Source: Mycobacteriales bacterium
GTDB lineage: Bacteria; Actinomycetota; Actinomycetes; Mycobacteriales; CADCTP01
Direction: 5' to 3'
Assembly: GCA_035995165.1 (NCBI GenBank)
Contig: DASYKU010000065.1
Coordinates: forward strand, 1,633-65,632
Length of the DNA: 64,000 bases
Below the pieces are notes generated by a model. It did not search any database. It saw nothing but the letters and a program-made list of their open reading frames with translations, and was not told the origin of the DNA. Positions 15,424-25,114 of the stretch are shown here, in pieces. Numbering within the stretch: the stretch's first letter is position 1; each line of letters starts with the position of its first letter. Made by a program: the position numbers and the translations under genes.

Positions 15424-16092
15424 TCAGGCGGCGCGGGCGAGGAGGCCGGCGAGGTCGGCGACGGTGATGCCGGCGAGCGTGCCGGCGAAGGTGCGGCCCG
15501 ATCCGGCCGGCACCGGGACATCCCCGGCCGGCACCACCAGCACCGCGCACCCGGCCGCGGACGCCGACTCCGTCCCGGTCGGCGAGTCCTCGATGGCGAC
15601 GGTGGCCGCCGGGTCGACGCCGAGCATCCGGGTCGCGGTCAGGTACGGGTCCGGGGCCGGCTTGGCGTGCTCGACCTCGTCCCCGCAGACGGAGACGTCG
15701 AACAGCTCCTCGACCAGCGGCCCGAGCGCGAGCCGCACCAGGTGCCGCTCGGTGTTGGTCACCAGAGCGGCCGGGATCCCCGCCGCCCGTACGGCGTTGA
15801 TGAGCTCCCGCGCCCCCGGCCGCCAGACCAGCCCGCCGGCGAACCGGGTGCTCGCCTCCTCGAGGAGCCTCTTCCCGCTGGCCACCGGATCGGCGTCGGG
15901 CCGCCCGACGTCCCGGTGCACGATCTCCACGGAGACCGCGATGTTCGTGCCGAGCGTCTCCTCCCGCGCCGCCGGCGACAGCTCACCACCGAGCCAGTGC
16001 GCGAGCTCCTGCAGCGCCTCGTCCCACACCGGCTCGGAGTCGACCAACGTCCCGTCCATGTCGAACAGCACTGCGGACAGAGCCTTGGTCAC
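15424..16092 (-). CDS. HAD-IA family hydrolase/phosphatase
   Basis: 222 aa with the N-terminal motif VLFDMDGTLVDSE. The GTG start overlaps the metH stop (GTGA). Confidence 0.85.
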   Translation of the reverse strand: MTKALSAVLFDMDGTLVDSEPVWDEALQELAHWLGGELSPAAREETLGTNIAVSVEIVHRDVGRPDADPVASGKRLLEEASTRFAGGLVWRPGARELINAVRAAGIPAALVTNTERHLVRLALGPLVEELFDVSVCGDEVEHAKPAPDPYLTATRMLGVDPAATVAIEDSPTGTESASAAGCAVLVVPAGDVPVPAGSGRTFAGTLAGITVADLAGLLARAA

Positions 16093-19000
16093 GTCGCGAA
16101 GTACTTCGCCTCGGGGTGGTGCACGACGATCGCCGACGTCGACTGCTCCGGGTGCAGCTGGAACTCCTCGGACAGCTCCACGCCGATCCGCTCGAAGTCC
16201 AGCAGCTCCCGCACCTGGCGCTGGTCCTCCAGGTCCGGGCAGGCCGGGTAGCCGAAGGAGTAGCGGGCGCCGCGGTATCCGAGCTTGAAGAACTCCTCGA
16301 CGTCCTCGGGGTCCTCCCCGCCGAAGCCGAGCTCCTCCCGGACCCGCGCGTGCCAGTGCTCGGCCAGCGCCTCGGTCAGCTGCACGGACAGCCCGTGCAC
16401 CTCCAGGTAGTCGCGGTAGGAGTTGGCCGCGAACAGCTCCGCGGCGAACTCGCTGACCCGCTGGCCCATGGTGGCGACCTGGAAGGCGACCACGTCGGTC
16501 TCACCGGAGTCCCGGGCCCGGAAGTAGTCGGCCAGGCACAGCCGCCGGTCCCGGCGCTGCCGCGGGAAGGTGAAGCGCACCCGCTCGGTGCCGTCGTCGC
16601 CGAGGATGATCAGGTCCTCGCCCTTGCTCACGGCCGGGAAGTAGCCGTAGACCACGGCCGCCTCGAGGATGCCCTCGGTCTGGAACCGGTCCAGCCAGTA
16701 GCGCAGCCGGGGACGGCCCTCGGTCTCCACCAGCTCCTCGTACGACGGGCCCTTGCCGCCGCGGGCGCCGCGCAGCCCCCACTGGCCGAGGAACGTGGCC
16801 CGCTCGTCCAGCAGCGAGGAGTAGTCGCTGAGCTGGACGCCCTTGACCACCCGGTTGCCCCAGAACGGCGGCGTCGGGATCGAGTTGTCGGTGGCGACGT
16901 CAGAGCGCACCGGCCCGCTGTCGGGCTCCGCCTCCTCGGCGGCCTTGCGCTCGGCGGCGATCCGCAGCGACCGCTCCCGGCGCGTCCTGCGCTCGGCCCG
17001 CTTGGCGTCCTCTTCGGCCGTCCCGCTCGCGCCGGCCAGGTTGGGCTCGGCCGCCCCGTCCGGGGTGGCGGCCGCGGGCACGCTCCCCCGCCGCGCCGCC
17101 ATCAGCGCGTTCATCAGCCGGAGACCCTCGAAGGCGTCCCGCGCGTATCGCACGTCGCCCGCGTAGACCTCGGACAGGTCGTGCTCGACGTACGCCCGGG
17201 TCAGCGCGGCCCCGCCCAGCAGCACCGGGTACTTCTCGGCGACGCCGCGCGAGTTCATCTCCTCGAGGTTCTCCTTCATGACCACGGTCGACTTCACCAG
17301 CAGCCCGGACATGCCGATGACGTCGGCGCCGTGCTCCTCGGCCGCGTCCAGGATCGCCGAGATCGGCTGCTTGATGCCGAGGTTGACGACCGTGTAGCCG
17401 TTGTTGGACAGGATGATGTCCACGAGGTTCTTGCCGATGTCGTGCACGTCGCCCTTGACCGTGGCCAGCAGGATCCGGCCCTTGCCGCCGTCGTCGGACT
17501 TCTCCATGTGTGGCTCGAGGTAGGCGACCGCGGTCTTCATCACCTCGGCTGACTGCAGCACGAACGGCAGCTGCATCTCGCCCGAGCCGAACAGGTCGCC
17601 GACGGTCTTCATGCCGGCCAGCAGCGTGTCGTTGATGATCTCCAGCGGCGGCCGGTTCTCCATCGCCGCGTCGAGGTCGGCCTCCAGGCCGTTGCGCTCG
17701 CCGTCGATGATCCGGCGCTCCAGCCGCTCGGACAGCGGCAGCGCGGCCAGCTCCTCCGCCCGCGACTCCCGGGCCGAGCCGGCGTCCTTGCCCTCGAACA
17801 GCTGCAGGAACCGCTGCAGCGGGTCGTACCCCTCGCGGCGGCGGTCGTAGACCATGTCCAGCGCGACCTCGCGCTGCTCGTCCTCGACCTTGGACATCGG
17901 CAGGATCTTCGACGCGTGCACGATGGCCGAGTCGAGCCCGGCGTTCACGCACTCATGCAGGAAGACCGAGTTGAGCACCTGTCGCGCGGCCGGGTTGAGC
18001 CCGAAGGACACGTTGGACAGGCCGAGCGTCGTCTGCACCTGCGGGTAGCGCTGCTTGAGCTCGCGGATGGCCTCGATCGTCTCGATGCCGTCCCGGCGGG
18101 TCTCCTCCTGGCCGGTGCCGATCGGGAACGTCAGGCAGTCGACGATGATGTCCTCGACCCGCATGTCCCACTTCTCGACCAGGTCGCGGATGGTGCGGTC
18201 GGCGACCCGGACCTTCCAGTCCGCCGTCCGGGCCTGGCCCTCCTCGTCGATGCACATCACGACGACGGCGGCGCCGTGCTCCTTGATGATCGGCATCGCG
18301 CGGGCGAAGCGGGAGTCGGGGCCGTCGCCGTCCTCGAAGTTGACCGAGTTGACCACGCACCGGCCGCCGAGCATCTCCAGCCCGGCCTCGATCACCTGGG
18401 GCTCGGTCGAGTCGAGCATCAGCGGCAGCGTGGACGCGGTCGCGAAGCGGCCCGCGATGTCCTGCATGTCGCCGGTGCCGTCGCGGCCGACGTAGTCGAT
18501 GCAGACGTCCAGCATGTGCGAGCCGTCGCGGATCTGGCTGCGGGCGATCGCGACGCAGTCGTCCCAGCGCCCCTCCAGCATCGCCTCCCGGAACGCCTTG
18601 GAGCCGTTGGCGTTGGTCCGCTCGCCGATCATCAGCACGCCGGCGTCCTGCCGGAACTGCACCGACTGGTAGAGCGAGGACGCGGCCGCCTCGGGCCGCA
18701 CCTTGCGGCGGACCGGCTCGACCTCGCGCACCGCCTCGACCACCTGGCGCAGGTGCTGCGGGGTGGTGCCGCAGCAGCCGCCGACCAGGCGTGTCCCGTA
18801 CTCCCGGACGAAGGTGGACAGCGCGGTGGCCAGCTCCTCCGGGGTGAGCGGGTAGGTCGCGCCGTTGGCGCCGAGCTCGGGCAGGCCCGCATTGGGCATC
18901 ACCGACAGCGGGATGCGCGCGTTGCGGGACAGGTAGCGCAGGTGCTCGCTCATCTCGGCCGGACCGGTCGCGCAGTTGAGCCCGATGAGGTCGATGCCGA

Positions 19001-19652
19001 GCGGCTCCAGCGCGGTTAGCGCGGCGCCGATCTCGGAGCCGAGCAGCATCGTGCCCGTCGTCTCGACGGTGACCTGGGCGATCAACGGGATCCGGCGGCC
19101 GGCCGCGGTCATCGCCCGCTTGGCCCCGACGATCGCGGACTTGGTCTGGAGCAGGTCCTGCGAGGTCTCGACCAGCACCGCGTCGGCGCCGCCGGCCAGC
19201 AGCCCGGTGACCTCCTCCTGGTACGCGTCGCGCAGCGTCCCGTAGGGCGCGTGGCCGAGCGTCGGCAGCTTGGTGCCGGGGCCGACCGAGCCGATCACCC
19301 AGCGCGGCTGGTCCGGCGTCGAGTAGGAGTCGGCGACCTCGCGGGCCAGCCGGGCGCCGGCCTCGGCCAGCTCAGTGATCCGCCCAGGGATGTCGTACTC
19401 GGCGAGGTTGGCGAAGTTGGCCCCGAACGTGTTGGTCTCGACCGCGTCGCAGCCGACCGCGAAGTAGGCGTCGTGGACGCCGCGGACCACGTCGGGCCGG
19501 GTCACGTTGAGGATCTCGTTGCAGCCCTCGAGGCCCTCGAAGTCGTCGAGCGTCAGGTCGGCGTCCTGCAGCATGGTGCCCATCGCGCCGTCGGCGACGA
19601 TCGGGCGCTCACGCAGGGTGCTCAGCAGGCTTGAGTCGACACTCGGGGACAT
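16089..19652 (-). CDS. metH: Cobalamin-dependent methionine synthase
   Basis: I trimmed track ORF 16089..20393 to the ATG at 19650-19652 (MSPSVDSSLLSTLRERPIVADGAMGT...). It has Hcy-binding and pterin-binding barrels, the B12 motif GDVHDIGKNLV (DxHxxG), and a C-terminal AdoMet reactivation domain. The product is 1187 aa. Confidence 0.95.
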   Translation of the reverse strand: MSPSVDSSLLSTLRERPIVADGAMGTMLQDADLTLDDFEGLEGCNEILNVTRPDVVRGVHDAYFAVGCDAVETNTFGANFANLAEYDIPGRITELAEAGARLAREVADSYSTPDQPRWVIGSVGPGTKLPTLGHAPYGTLRDAYQEEVTGLLAGGADAVLVETSQDLLQTKSAIVGAKRAMTAAGRRIPLIAQVTVETTGTMLLGSEIGAALTALEPLGIDLIGLNCATGPAEMSEHLRYLSRNARIPLSVMPNAGLPELGANGATYPLTPEELATALSTFVREYGTRLVGGCCGTTPQHLRQVVEAVREVEPVRRKVRPEAAASSLYQSVQFRQDAGVLMIGERTNANGSKAFREAMLEGRWDDCVAIARSQIRDGSHMLDVCIDYVGRDGTGDMQDIAGRFATASTLPLMLDSTEPQVIEAGLEMLGGRCVVNSVNFEDGDGPDSRFARAMPIIKEHGAAVVVMCIDEEGQARTADWKVRVADRTIRDLVEKWDMRVEDIIVDCLTFPIGTGQEETRRDGIETIEAIRELKQRYPQVQTTLGLSNVSFGLNPAARQVLNSVFLHECVNAGLDSAIVHASKILPMSKVEDEQREVALDMVYDRRREGYDPLQRFLQLFEGKDAGSARESRAEELAALPLSERLERRIIDGERNGLEADLDAAMENRPPLEIINDTLLAGMKTVGDLFGSGEMQLPFVLQSAEVMKTAVAYLEPHMEKSDDGGKGRILLATVKGDVHDIGKNLVDIILSNNGYTVVNLGIKQPISAILDAAEEHGADVIGMSGLLVKSTVVMKENLEEMNSRGVAEKYPVLLGGAALTRAYVEHDLSEVYAGDVRYARDAFEGLRLMNALMAARRGSVPAAATPDGAAEPNLAGASGTAEEDAKRAERRTRRERSLRIAAERKAAEEAEPDSGPVRSDVATDNSIPTPPFWGNRVVKGVQLSDYSSLLDERATFLGQWGLRGARGGKGPSYEELVETEGRPRLRYWLDRFQTEGILEAAVVYGYFPAVSKGEDLIILGDDGTERVRFTFPRQRRDRRLCLADYFRARDSGETDVVAFQVATMGQRVSEFAAELFAANSYRDYLEVHGLSVQLTEALAEHWHARVREELGFGGEDPEDVEEFFKLGYRGARYSFGYPACPDLEDQRQVRELLDFERIGVELSEEFQLHPEQSTSAIVVHHPEAKYFAT

Positions 19653-19760
19653 GGTCGAGAAGGGTACCGGCGGGTGGTCACAGGGCGCTGATGTTGTCCA
19701 CAGGGGTGGCGGCCGTCCACAGATCGAGCGCCGGTCACCGCCCCCGAGCGGCTCCGGTCG

Positions 19761-19766
19761 TAGGCT
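19761..19766 (+). promoter_or_regulatory. Candidate -10 hexamer TAGGCT, 6 nt upstream of the PAC2 GTG start (possible leaderless mRNA)
   Basis: The sequence cgTAGGCTtgccacGTG has no Shine-Dalgarno between the hexamer and the start. The same gTAGGnTgcc pattern occurs upstream of the aldo-keto reductase gene. Confidence 0.3.
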
Positions 19767-19772
19767 TGCCAC

Positions 19773-20642
19773 GTGACAGAGTTCGAGGACTTCCCTGAGC
19801 TGACCGACCCTGTGCTGGTCGGCGCGTTCGAGGGGTGGAACGATGCCGGCGACGGCGCCACCTCCGGAGTGGAGCACCTCGAGCTGATCTGGGACGCCAA
19901 GCCGCTGGCCGCGATCGACCCCGACGACTACTACGACTTCCAGGTCAATCGACCGACAGTCTCCCTGGTAGACGGCGTGTCGAGGCGCGTGGAGTGGCCG
20001 ACGACCCGGTTCTCGGTGTGCCGCCCGCCGGGCTCGGACAACGACGTCGTGCTCATGCGCGGGGTCGAGCCCAACATGCGCTGGCGGGGCTTCACCGAGG
20101 AGATCCTCGACGTGATCCGCGAGCTGGGCGTGCACACGGTCGTGCTGCTCGGCGCGCTGCTCTCCGACACGCCGCACACCCGTCCGACCCCCGTCACCGG
20201 CACGTCGTACGACCTGGCTTCGGCCGAGCGCTGGGGTCTGGAGCACAGCCGGTACGAGGGACCGACCGGAATACTGGGCATCCTGCAAGACGCCTGCGTG
20301 CGTGCCGGCATCCCGGCGATCTCGTTCTGGGCTGCGATCCCCCACTACGTGTCGCAACCACCCAACCCGAAGGCGACGCTCGCGCTGCTGCATCGGGTCG
20401 AGGAGGTCCTCGACGTCGAGGTCCCGTTGGCGAACCTGCCCGAGCAGGCCGATGAGTGGCAGAAGCTCGTCGACGAGATGGCGAACGAGGACGACGACGT
20501 CACCGAGTACGTGCGGACGCTCGAAGAGCGCGACAGCGACAGCGAGATGCCGCAGGCCAGCGGCGACGCGATCGCGAAGGACTTCGAGCGCTACCTGCGC
20601 CGGCGGCAGCCCCCGGGGAAATCCGGCGGCGCCGGTAGCTGA
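19773..20642 (+). CDS. PAC2 (proteasome assembly chaperone 2-like) family protein
   Basis: 289 aa: LVGAFEGWNDAGDGATSG...GPTGILGIL...PHYVSQPPNPKA. It resembles Rv2125 and is divergent from metH, as in mycobacteria. Confidence 0.85.
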   Translation: MTEFEDFPELTDPVLVGAFEGWNDAGDGATSGVEHLELIWDAKPLAAIDPDDYYDFQVNRPTVSLVDGVSRRVEWPTTRFSVCRPPGSDNDVVLMRGVEPNMRWRGFTEEILDVIRELGVHTVVLLGALLSDTPHTRPTPVTGTSYDLASAERWGLEHSRYEGPTGILGILQDACVRAGIPAISFWAAIPHYVSQPPNPKATLALLHRVEEVLDVEVPLANLPEQADEWQKLVDEMANEDDDVTEYVRTLEERDSDSEMPQASGDAIAKDFERYLRRRQPPGKSGGAGS

Positions 20643-20746
20643 CTTTCTGTTTCCAGCCGTACACGATTTCGCTCCACAGGGTTACAAACGTCCGGTGATC
20701 TGTGACACTCCGCTGTCGTCGTTTTGTGGCGACTGCGGAGAAGGAC

Positions 20747-20989
20747 GTGATCATCGTGTTCAACGGTCTGCTTGGGATCATCGTCGTGGTGATCGTGGGC
20801 GGGTATCTGGTCTCCGGGTTCCTGCACCCCTTCAAGCCCTGCCGGGCCTGCAGTGGGACGGGAATCCACCGCGGGACCGTGTTCAAGAGCGCCACCCGGG
20901 CGTGCGCGAGCTGCGGCGGGAAGGGACGGTTCCGCCGCGCCGGCGCGCCGGCCCAGGGACAGGCGTTCGGCGAAACCCGCCGCCGCTGA
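20747..20989 (+). CDS. Small membrane-anchored protein with a CxxC...CxxC zinc-ribbon-like tail
   Basis: GTG at 20747 follows the RBS GGAGAAGGA. The sequence VIIVFNGLLGIIVVVIVGGYLVSGFL (TM helix) is followed by PCRACSGTG...ACASCGGKG. The start is chosen inside track ORF 20702..20989. Confidence 0.6.
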   Translation: MIIVFNGLLGIIVVVIVGGYLVSGFLHPFKPCRACSGTGIHRGTVFKSATRACASCGGKGRFRRAGAPAQGQAFGETRRR

Positions 20990-21192
20990 TCCCCGGCGGC
21001 TGATTGCTCCGGCCGGCGACAGACCCCGAGGTGCGCCCCCACCCGCCGGGACGCTCGGCCGGGTTCTGATGCTGGCCCCGGCGCCTCGGGCCGCCGCCCC
21101 GCCCGGCTGGGCCGCTCCGGCCGGCGTCCAGCGCGCCTCGACCCGGACGATCTCAGCCGGGCGTGGTCGGGTGCGCGGTCCGGCGCGGCAGG

Positions 21193-21954
21193 TCAGGGGT
21201 GGGTGAAGGCCAGGACTGAGGGGCCGGGTCCGGGGCGTACGCGGTCCTGGTCGGGGAGGGCGCGGATGCGAGCCAGCGCGGCCGGCATCTCGCGGGCCCA
21301 GAGGTCGTCGTCGATCGACCAGGTCCAGGCCATCTGGCGGCGCTCGATCGAGTCGGCGGCGTTGGCCGGGGTCACCGGACGGCCGGGCTCCTCCCGTCGG
21401 CCGAGGAACCGGAAGCCGGCCGCGGCGGCCAGTTCCCGCACCAGGTCGGGGTCGTCCGGCCGGCTGGTCACGCCGAACTGCTCGTTGATCCGGTCGAGCT
21501 CGTCGTGCACGTCGTCGTGCACCGGGCTCTTCAGGAACGCGGTGGCGACGAGTACGCCGCCGGGGCGCAGCACCCGGGCCACCTCGGCGAGCGCGCCGGG
21601 GATGCCGGCGACCAGGTGCAGGACGTGGATCATGCAGACCGCGCCGACCGACGCGGTGCCGACCGGCAGCCGCATGGCGTCGCCGGCCGCGAGCCGGCCC
21701 GGGATCCGCTCCCGGGCCACCGCGAGCATCGGCAGCGACAGGTCGACCCCGACCGGCGGCCGGCCCAGCTCGGCCAGCCCGGCCGCGACGAGCCCGGTCC
21801 CGACGCCGATCTCCAGCAGCGGGCCGTCCGCCGGCAGGAACTCCGCCAGCACGCCGGCGAGCCGCCGCCCGCGTTCCACCCCGCCCCGGGTCGCGTCGTA
21901 CGACTCCGCGATCCGATCGAACGCGACCGACTCCCCGGCCGCGGATGAGCTCAC
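21193..21954 (-). CDS. Class I SAM-dependent methyltransferase
   Basis: I trimmed track ORF 21193..22500 to the GTG at 21952-21954. The SAM motif [15 protein letters not shown] is present. The start overlaps the mshC stop (GTGA). Confidence 0.8.
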   Translation of the reverse strand: MSSSAAGESVAFDRIAESYDATRGGVERGRRLAGVLAEFLPADGPLLEIGVGTGLVAAGLAELGRPPVGVDLSLPMLAVARERIPGRLAAGDAMRLPVGTASVGAVCMIHVLHLVAGIPGALAEVARVLRPGGVLVATAFLKSPVHDDVHDELDRINEQFGVTSRPDDPDLVRELAAAAGFRFLGRREEPGRPVTPANAADSIERRQMAWTWSIDDDLWAREMPAALARIRALPDQDRVRPGPGPSVLAFTHP

Positions 21955-23177
21955 AGGGCGATGCCGAGGAGGGCGTCGGCCAGCGCGCGGATCAGCTCCG
22001 GCGCCCCCTCCGACGACCCGCCGCGGGTGAGCGCCTCGTCGGCCCAGCGGTCGACGGCTGCCAGCGCGGCGGGCGTGTCGAGGTCGTCGGCGAGCCGTTC
22101 GCGGACGCGGTCCAGCACCGGCTCGGCCGGCGGCCCGGCCGGCAGCGCGACCGCGGCCCGCCAGCGGGCCAGCCGTTCCTGCCCGGCCGAGAGCGTTGCC
22201 GGGAACCACTCCCGGTTGTCCCGGTAGTGCCCGGACAGCAGCCCGAGCCGGATCGCCATCGGGTCGGTGCCGGTCTCCCGCAGCCGCGAGACCAGCACGA
22301 GGTTGCCGAGCGACTTGGACATCTTCCGGCCGTCGAGCGCGATCATCGCGGCGTGCACGTACGACCGGGCGAACGGCCACTCCCCCGTCGCCACCTCCGC
22401 GTGCGCCGCGGACATCTCGTGGTGCGGGAAGGCCAGGTCGCTGCCGCCGCCCTGCAGGTCGAAGGAGAACCCCAGCCGGCCGAGCGCGATCGCCGCGCAC
22501 TCGACGTGCCAGCCCGGGCGCCCCGGGCCGAGCGGCGAGTCCCAGGACGGCTCGCCGTCGCGGCGGGCCCGCCAGAGCACCGGGTCCAGCGGGTCCTTCT
22601 TGCCGGCCCGGTCCGGGTCGCCGCCGCGCTCGGCCGACAGCGCCCGCATCGTCGGCACGTCCAGCCGGGACTCGTAGCCGAACCGCGGCGCCGAGCCGAC
22701 GGAGAAGTAGACGTCCTCGTCGACGTGGTACGCGGCACCCTGGTCGAGCAGCGTCCGCACCAGCGGCACGATCTCCGGGATCGCCTCCACCGCGCCGATG
22801 TAGTGGTCCGGCGGCAGCACCCGCAGCGCGGTCATGTCGGCCCGGAAGAGCTCGGTCTGCTGCCGGGCCAGCTCGGTCCAGTCGACCCCGTCGCGCTGCG
22901 CCCGCTCCAGCAGCGGGTCGTCGACGTCGGTGACGTTCTGCACGTAGAGCACGCCGTGGCCGGCGTCCCGCCAGACCCGCTGGACCTGGTCGAAGGCCAG
23001 GTACGTGGCCGCGTGCCCGAGGTGGGTGGCGTCGTAGGGCGTGATGCCGCAGACGTACATCCGGGCGGTCTCGCCGGGCGCGGTCGGCCGCACCTCGCCG
23101 GTCGCGGTGTCGTGCAGCCGCAGCGGGTGACCCTTGCCCGGGAGCCGCGGGACATGCGGGCCGGACCAGGACTCCAT
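21951..23177 (-). CDS. mshC: Cysteine:1D-myo-inosityl 2-amino-2-deoxy-alpha-D-glucopyranoside ligase (mycothiol ligase)
   Basis: 408 aa. It is CysRS-like, with HIGH-type THLGHAATY and KMSKS motifs, but short and lacking the anticodon-binding extension, as in MshC (Rv2130c). Synteny supports the call. Confidence 0.85.
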   Translation of the reverse strand: MESWSGPHVPRLPGKGHPLRLHDTATGEVRPTAPGETARMYVCGITPYDATHLGHAATYLAFDQVQRVWRDAGHGVLYVQNVTDVDDPLLERAQRDGVDWTELARQQTELFRADMTALRVLPPDHYIGAVEAIPEIVPLVRTLLDQGAAYHVDEDVYFSVGSAPRFGYESRLDVPTMRALSAERGGDPDRAGKKDPLDPVLWRARRDGEPSWDSPLGPGRPGWHVECAAIALGRLGFSFDLQGGGSDLAFPHHEMSAAHAEVATGEWPFARSYVHAAMIALDGRKMSKSLGNLVLVSRLRETGTDPMAIRLGLLSGHYRDNREWFPATLSAGQERLARWRAAVALPAGPPAEPVLDRVRERLADDLDTPAALAAVDRWADEALTRGGSSEGAPELIRALADALLGIAL

Positions 23178-23187
23178 GCCTGCCAGC

Positions 23188-23832
23188 CTACTCAGCGGGG
23201 GTGATCACCCGCGGGGCGGCAAGGTCGGAATTGTCCAGCCTCAGCGTGGCGCGGGCGGCCGGGTCGCAGGCCGCGGCGTAGATCCGCTGGGCCTCGGCGT
23301 ACCGGTCGGTCGCGGTCGGGGGCGGACCGTCGCGAGCGTGTAGCCGAGCCAGCGAAACGGCTAAGTCGACATGCAGGTAGACCGAGAATTCCCAGTACGC
23401 CGCCAGCTCGTCCCGGTGCAGGAACATGCCGTCGACGACGAGCACGGTGCCGGGCGCCGGGAGCACCGGCGCGAGGTCCAGCGCCGCGTCGGTCCGGACG
23501 TCGTGCACGGCGGTACGCACCGGCTCCCCGGCCGCGAACGGCACCAGGAGGTCGCCGGCGAACCGCGAGAGGTCGAACGCGTCGAGCCAGTAGCCGAGGC
23601 CCGAGTCCCGGCCGCGCCGGTAGCGCTCCGCCCGCGGGCGGTGGAACCCGTCCCCCGACGCCCGCAGCACCGGCCGGCCGAGCGCGGTCAACGCGGCGCC
23701 GAGCTCGTCGCCGAACTCGGTCTTGCCGGCCCCGTCCCGCCCGTCGATCCCGACCCGCACCCGCCCCGCCGGCACCCGCCGCGCGATCTCTGCCACCAAC
23801 GCTGCGCGAGCCCGCCCGCCGGCCGCCGCCAC
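23188..23832 (-). CDS. P-loop nucleoside/uridine-kinase-like protein
   Basis: Walker [13 protein letters not shown] set the start at the GTG at 23830-23832 because the upstream part of track ORF 23188..24075 overlaps, in another frame, the clearly coding 23910..24248 gene. The start is uncertain. Confidence 0.6.
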   Translation of the reverse strand: MAAAGGRARAALVAEIARRVPAGRVRVGIDGRDGAGKTEFGDELGAALTALGRPVLRASGDGFHRPRAERYRRGRDSGLGYWLDAFDLSRFAGDLLVPFAAGEPVRTAVHDVRTDAALDLAPVLPAPGTVLVVDGMFLHRDELAAYWEFSVYLHVDLAVSLARLHARDGPPPTATDRYAEAQRIYAAACDPAARATLRLDNSDLAAPRVITPAE

Positions 23833-23909
23833 TCGCTCGCCGGCCGCAGGCTCGGACGCCGCGCCGGCGGGAGCGCCGGCGGGAGGGGTGGCGGGAGGGG
23901 TGGCGCGGC

Positions 23910-24248
23910 TCAGGTGCCGGCCGCCGGGACCCAGCGGCCGGGTGTGGAGCGGATCGCCCGCGCCAGCCGCGGCATCGGCGCCAGCGTCGAGTGCCCGCGC
24001 CGGCAGCGCAGGTCGAAGATCAGCTCCTCGAGGTTGCGCTGCACGAACTCGATCCGGTCCCGCATGCTGTCCCACTGCTCGAGTTGCTTCAGCAGCACGG
24101 CCCCGGCGGTGGGCTGCAGCCTCCGGCCGTCCGGGGCGGTCAGCTCCAGGCTCCCCGACAGCGGCCGGTACGCCGCCGCCGCCAGGATGTCCCCGCAGGC
24201 GGGGCAGGTCACCTGCTTGTCGATCTCCCGCCGTACGGCCAAGCGCAT
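23910..24248 (-). CDS. Conserved hypothetical protein, 112 aa
   Basis: G/C at the third codon position is near-uniform when checked by hand. The sequence MRLAVRREIDKQVTCPACGD... contains CxxC, with a later Cys/His. I recognise no family. Confidence 0.55.
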   Translation of the reverse strand: MRLAVRREIDKQVTCPACGDILAAAAYRPLSGSLELTAPDGRRLQPTAGAVLLKQLEQWDSMRDRIEFVQRNLEELIFDLRCRRGHSTLAPMPRLARAIRSTPGRWVPAAGT

Positions 24249-24295
24249 GCCGAAAGCCTAGGTCGCGCTGTTCACCGGCGCAGCACGATTAGGTC

Positions 24296-25030
24296 TCAGA
24301 ACGGTGGCCAGGGGATGGCGGGCCAGTCCCCCGACGGCTCGGGATAGCGGCGGTCCCGCAGCAGCCGGTCGACCCGGCGCCGCACCGCGACGACCTCGCG
24401 CCGGGTCAGCAGCGCCGACAGCCCGTCGTCCAGCGTGCCCTCCAGCAGCGCCCGGAACTCCGACAGCGCGTCGACGGCCTCCTCCGGAAGCGGGTCGCCG
24501 GCCCAGGACCACAGCACCGTCCGGAGCTTGTCCTGCTGGTGGAAGGACACCCCGTGGTCCACGCCGTACACGTGCCCGCCGACCATCGGGATCAGGTGGC
24601 CGCCCTTGCGGTCGGCGTTGTTGACGACCGCGTCGAAGAGCACCATCCGGCGCAGCGGGGGCAGGTCGTCGCGTACGAGCCGGGTCAGGTCGACGGTCTC
24701 GTCGCCGTCCATCCAGAGCTGGACCATGCCCTCGCCGTACGGGCCGTCGCGCAGGATGGTCGGCGGCACCACGTTCCAGCCCAGCGCGGTCGAGACGACG
24801 TACGCGGCGACCTCGCGCCCGGCCAGCGTCCCGTCCGGGAAGTCCCAGAGCGGCCGCTCGCCCCGGACCGGCTTGTAGACGCAAGCGGTGGTGACGCCGT
24901 CGCCGGTCAGCGCGCAGTAGAGCGTGGTGTTGCTCGCGTCGACCAGGCGGCCCTCGATGGACATCTCGCCGGTCCGCAGCAGCTCCAGCGCCTCGGACAC
25001 GTCGAGCGTCACGGGTTGGTCGTCGGCCAC
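24296..25030 (-). CDS. SCO1664-family protein (PI3/4-kinase-like fold, function unknown)
   Basis: 244 aa: GRLVDASNTTLYCAL...VYKPVRGERPLWDF...NNADRKGGHL...GVDHGVSFH. It occupies a position like Rv2133c, next to DUF3090 and a phosphomutase. Confidence 0.75.
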   Translation of the reverse strand: MADDQPVTLDVSEALELLRTGEMSIEGRLVDASNTTLYCALTGDGVTTACVYKPVRGERPLWDFPDGTLAGREVAAYVVSTALGWNVVPPTILRDGPYGEGMVQLWMDGDETVDLTRLVRDDLPPLRRMVLFDAVVNNADRKGGHLIPMVGGHVYGVDHGVSFHQQDKLRTVLWSWAGDPLPEEAVDALSEFRALLEGTLDDGLSALLTRREVVAVRRRVDRLLRDRRYPEPSGDWPAIPWPPF

Positions 25031-25114
25031 GACTCCAGTCTGCCGGGTCCGTGTTTCACCCGCCGCCCCAGACCAGCCGGATCAGGGTCCCGGAGGCGGC
25101 CAGGGTGGGACGGA

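Noticed and set aside
12609-15521. A 970-aa minus-strand ORF opposite the ABC permease, and likewise 9929..11851, 31873..35169, 35256..38102, 37693..39393 and 38147..40165 on the minus strand
   Set aside because: These are shadow ORFs antisense to genes with clear family signatures. They show no domains and an extreme Arg/Gly/Pro composition.
19653-19772. A riboswitch (SAM or cobalamin) in the metH 5' leader
   Set aside because: I could not recognise SAM-I, SAM-IV or B12-box (e.g. GCCACTG) consensus elements by eye. This needs a covariance-model scan to settle, so it is not reported as a feature.
16089-20393. A 1434-aa version of MetH, with similar N-terminal over-extensions at 6495..8798, 7376..9649, 21193..22500, 40370..41635, 41329..43113, 44821..45867, 58823..60655, 55008..59501 and 53749..58143
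   Set aside because: The family-homologous sequence begins at internal ATG or GTG codons that sit at 4-nt overlaps with, or just after, the upstream gene's stop. The upstream extensions are Arg/Pro-rich and overlap other real genes.
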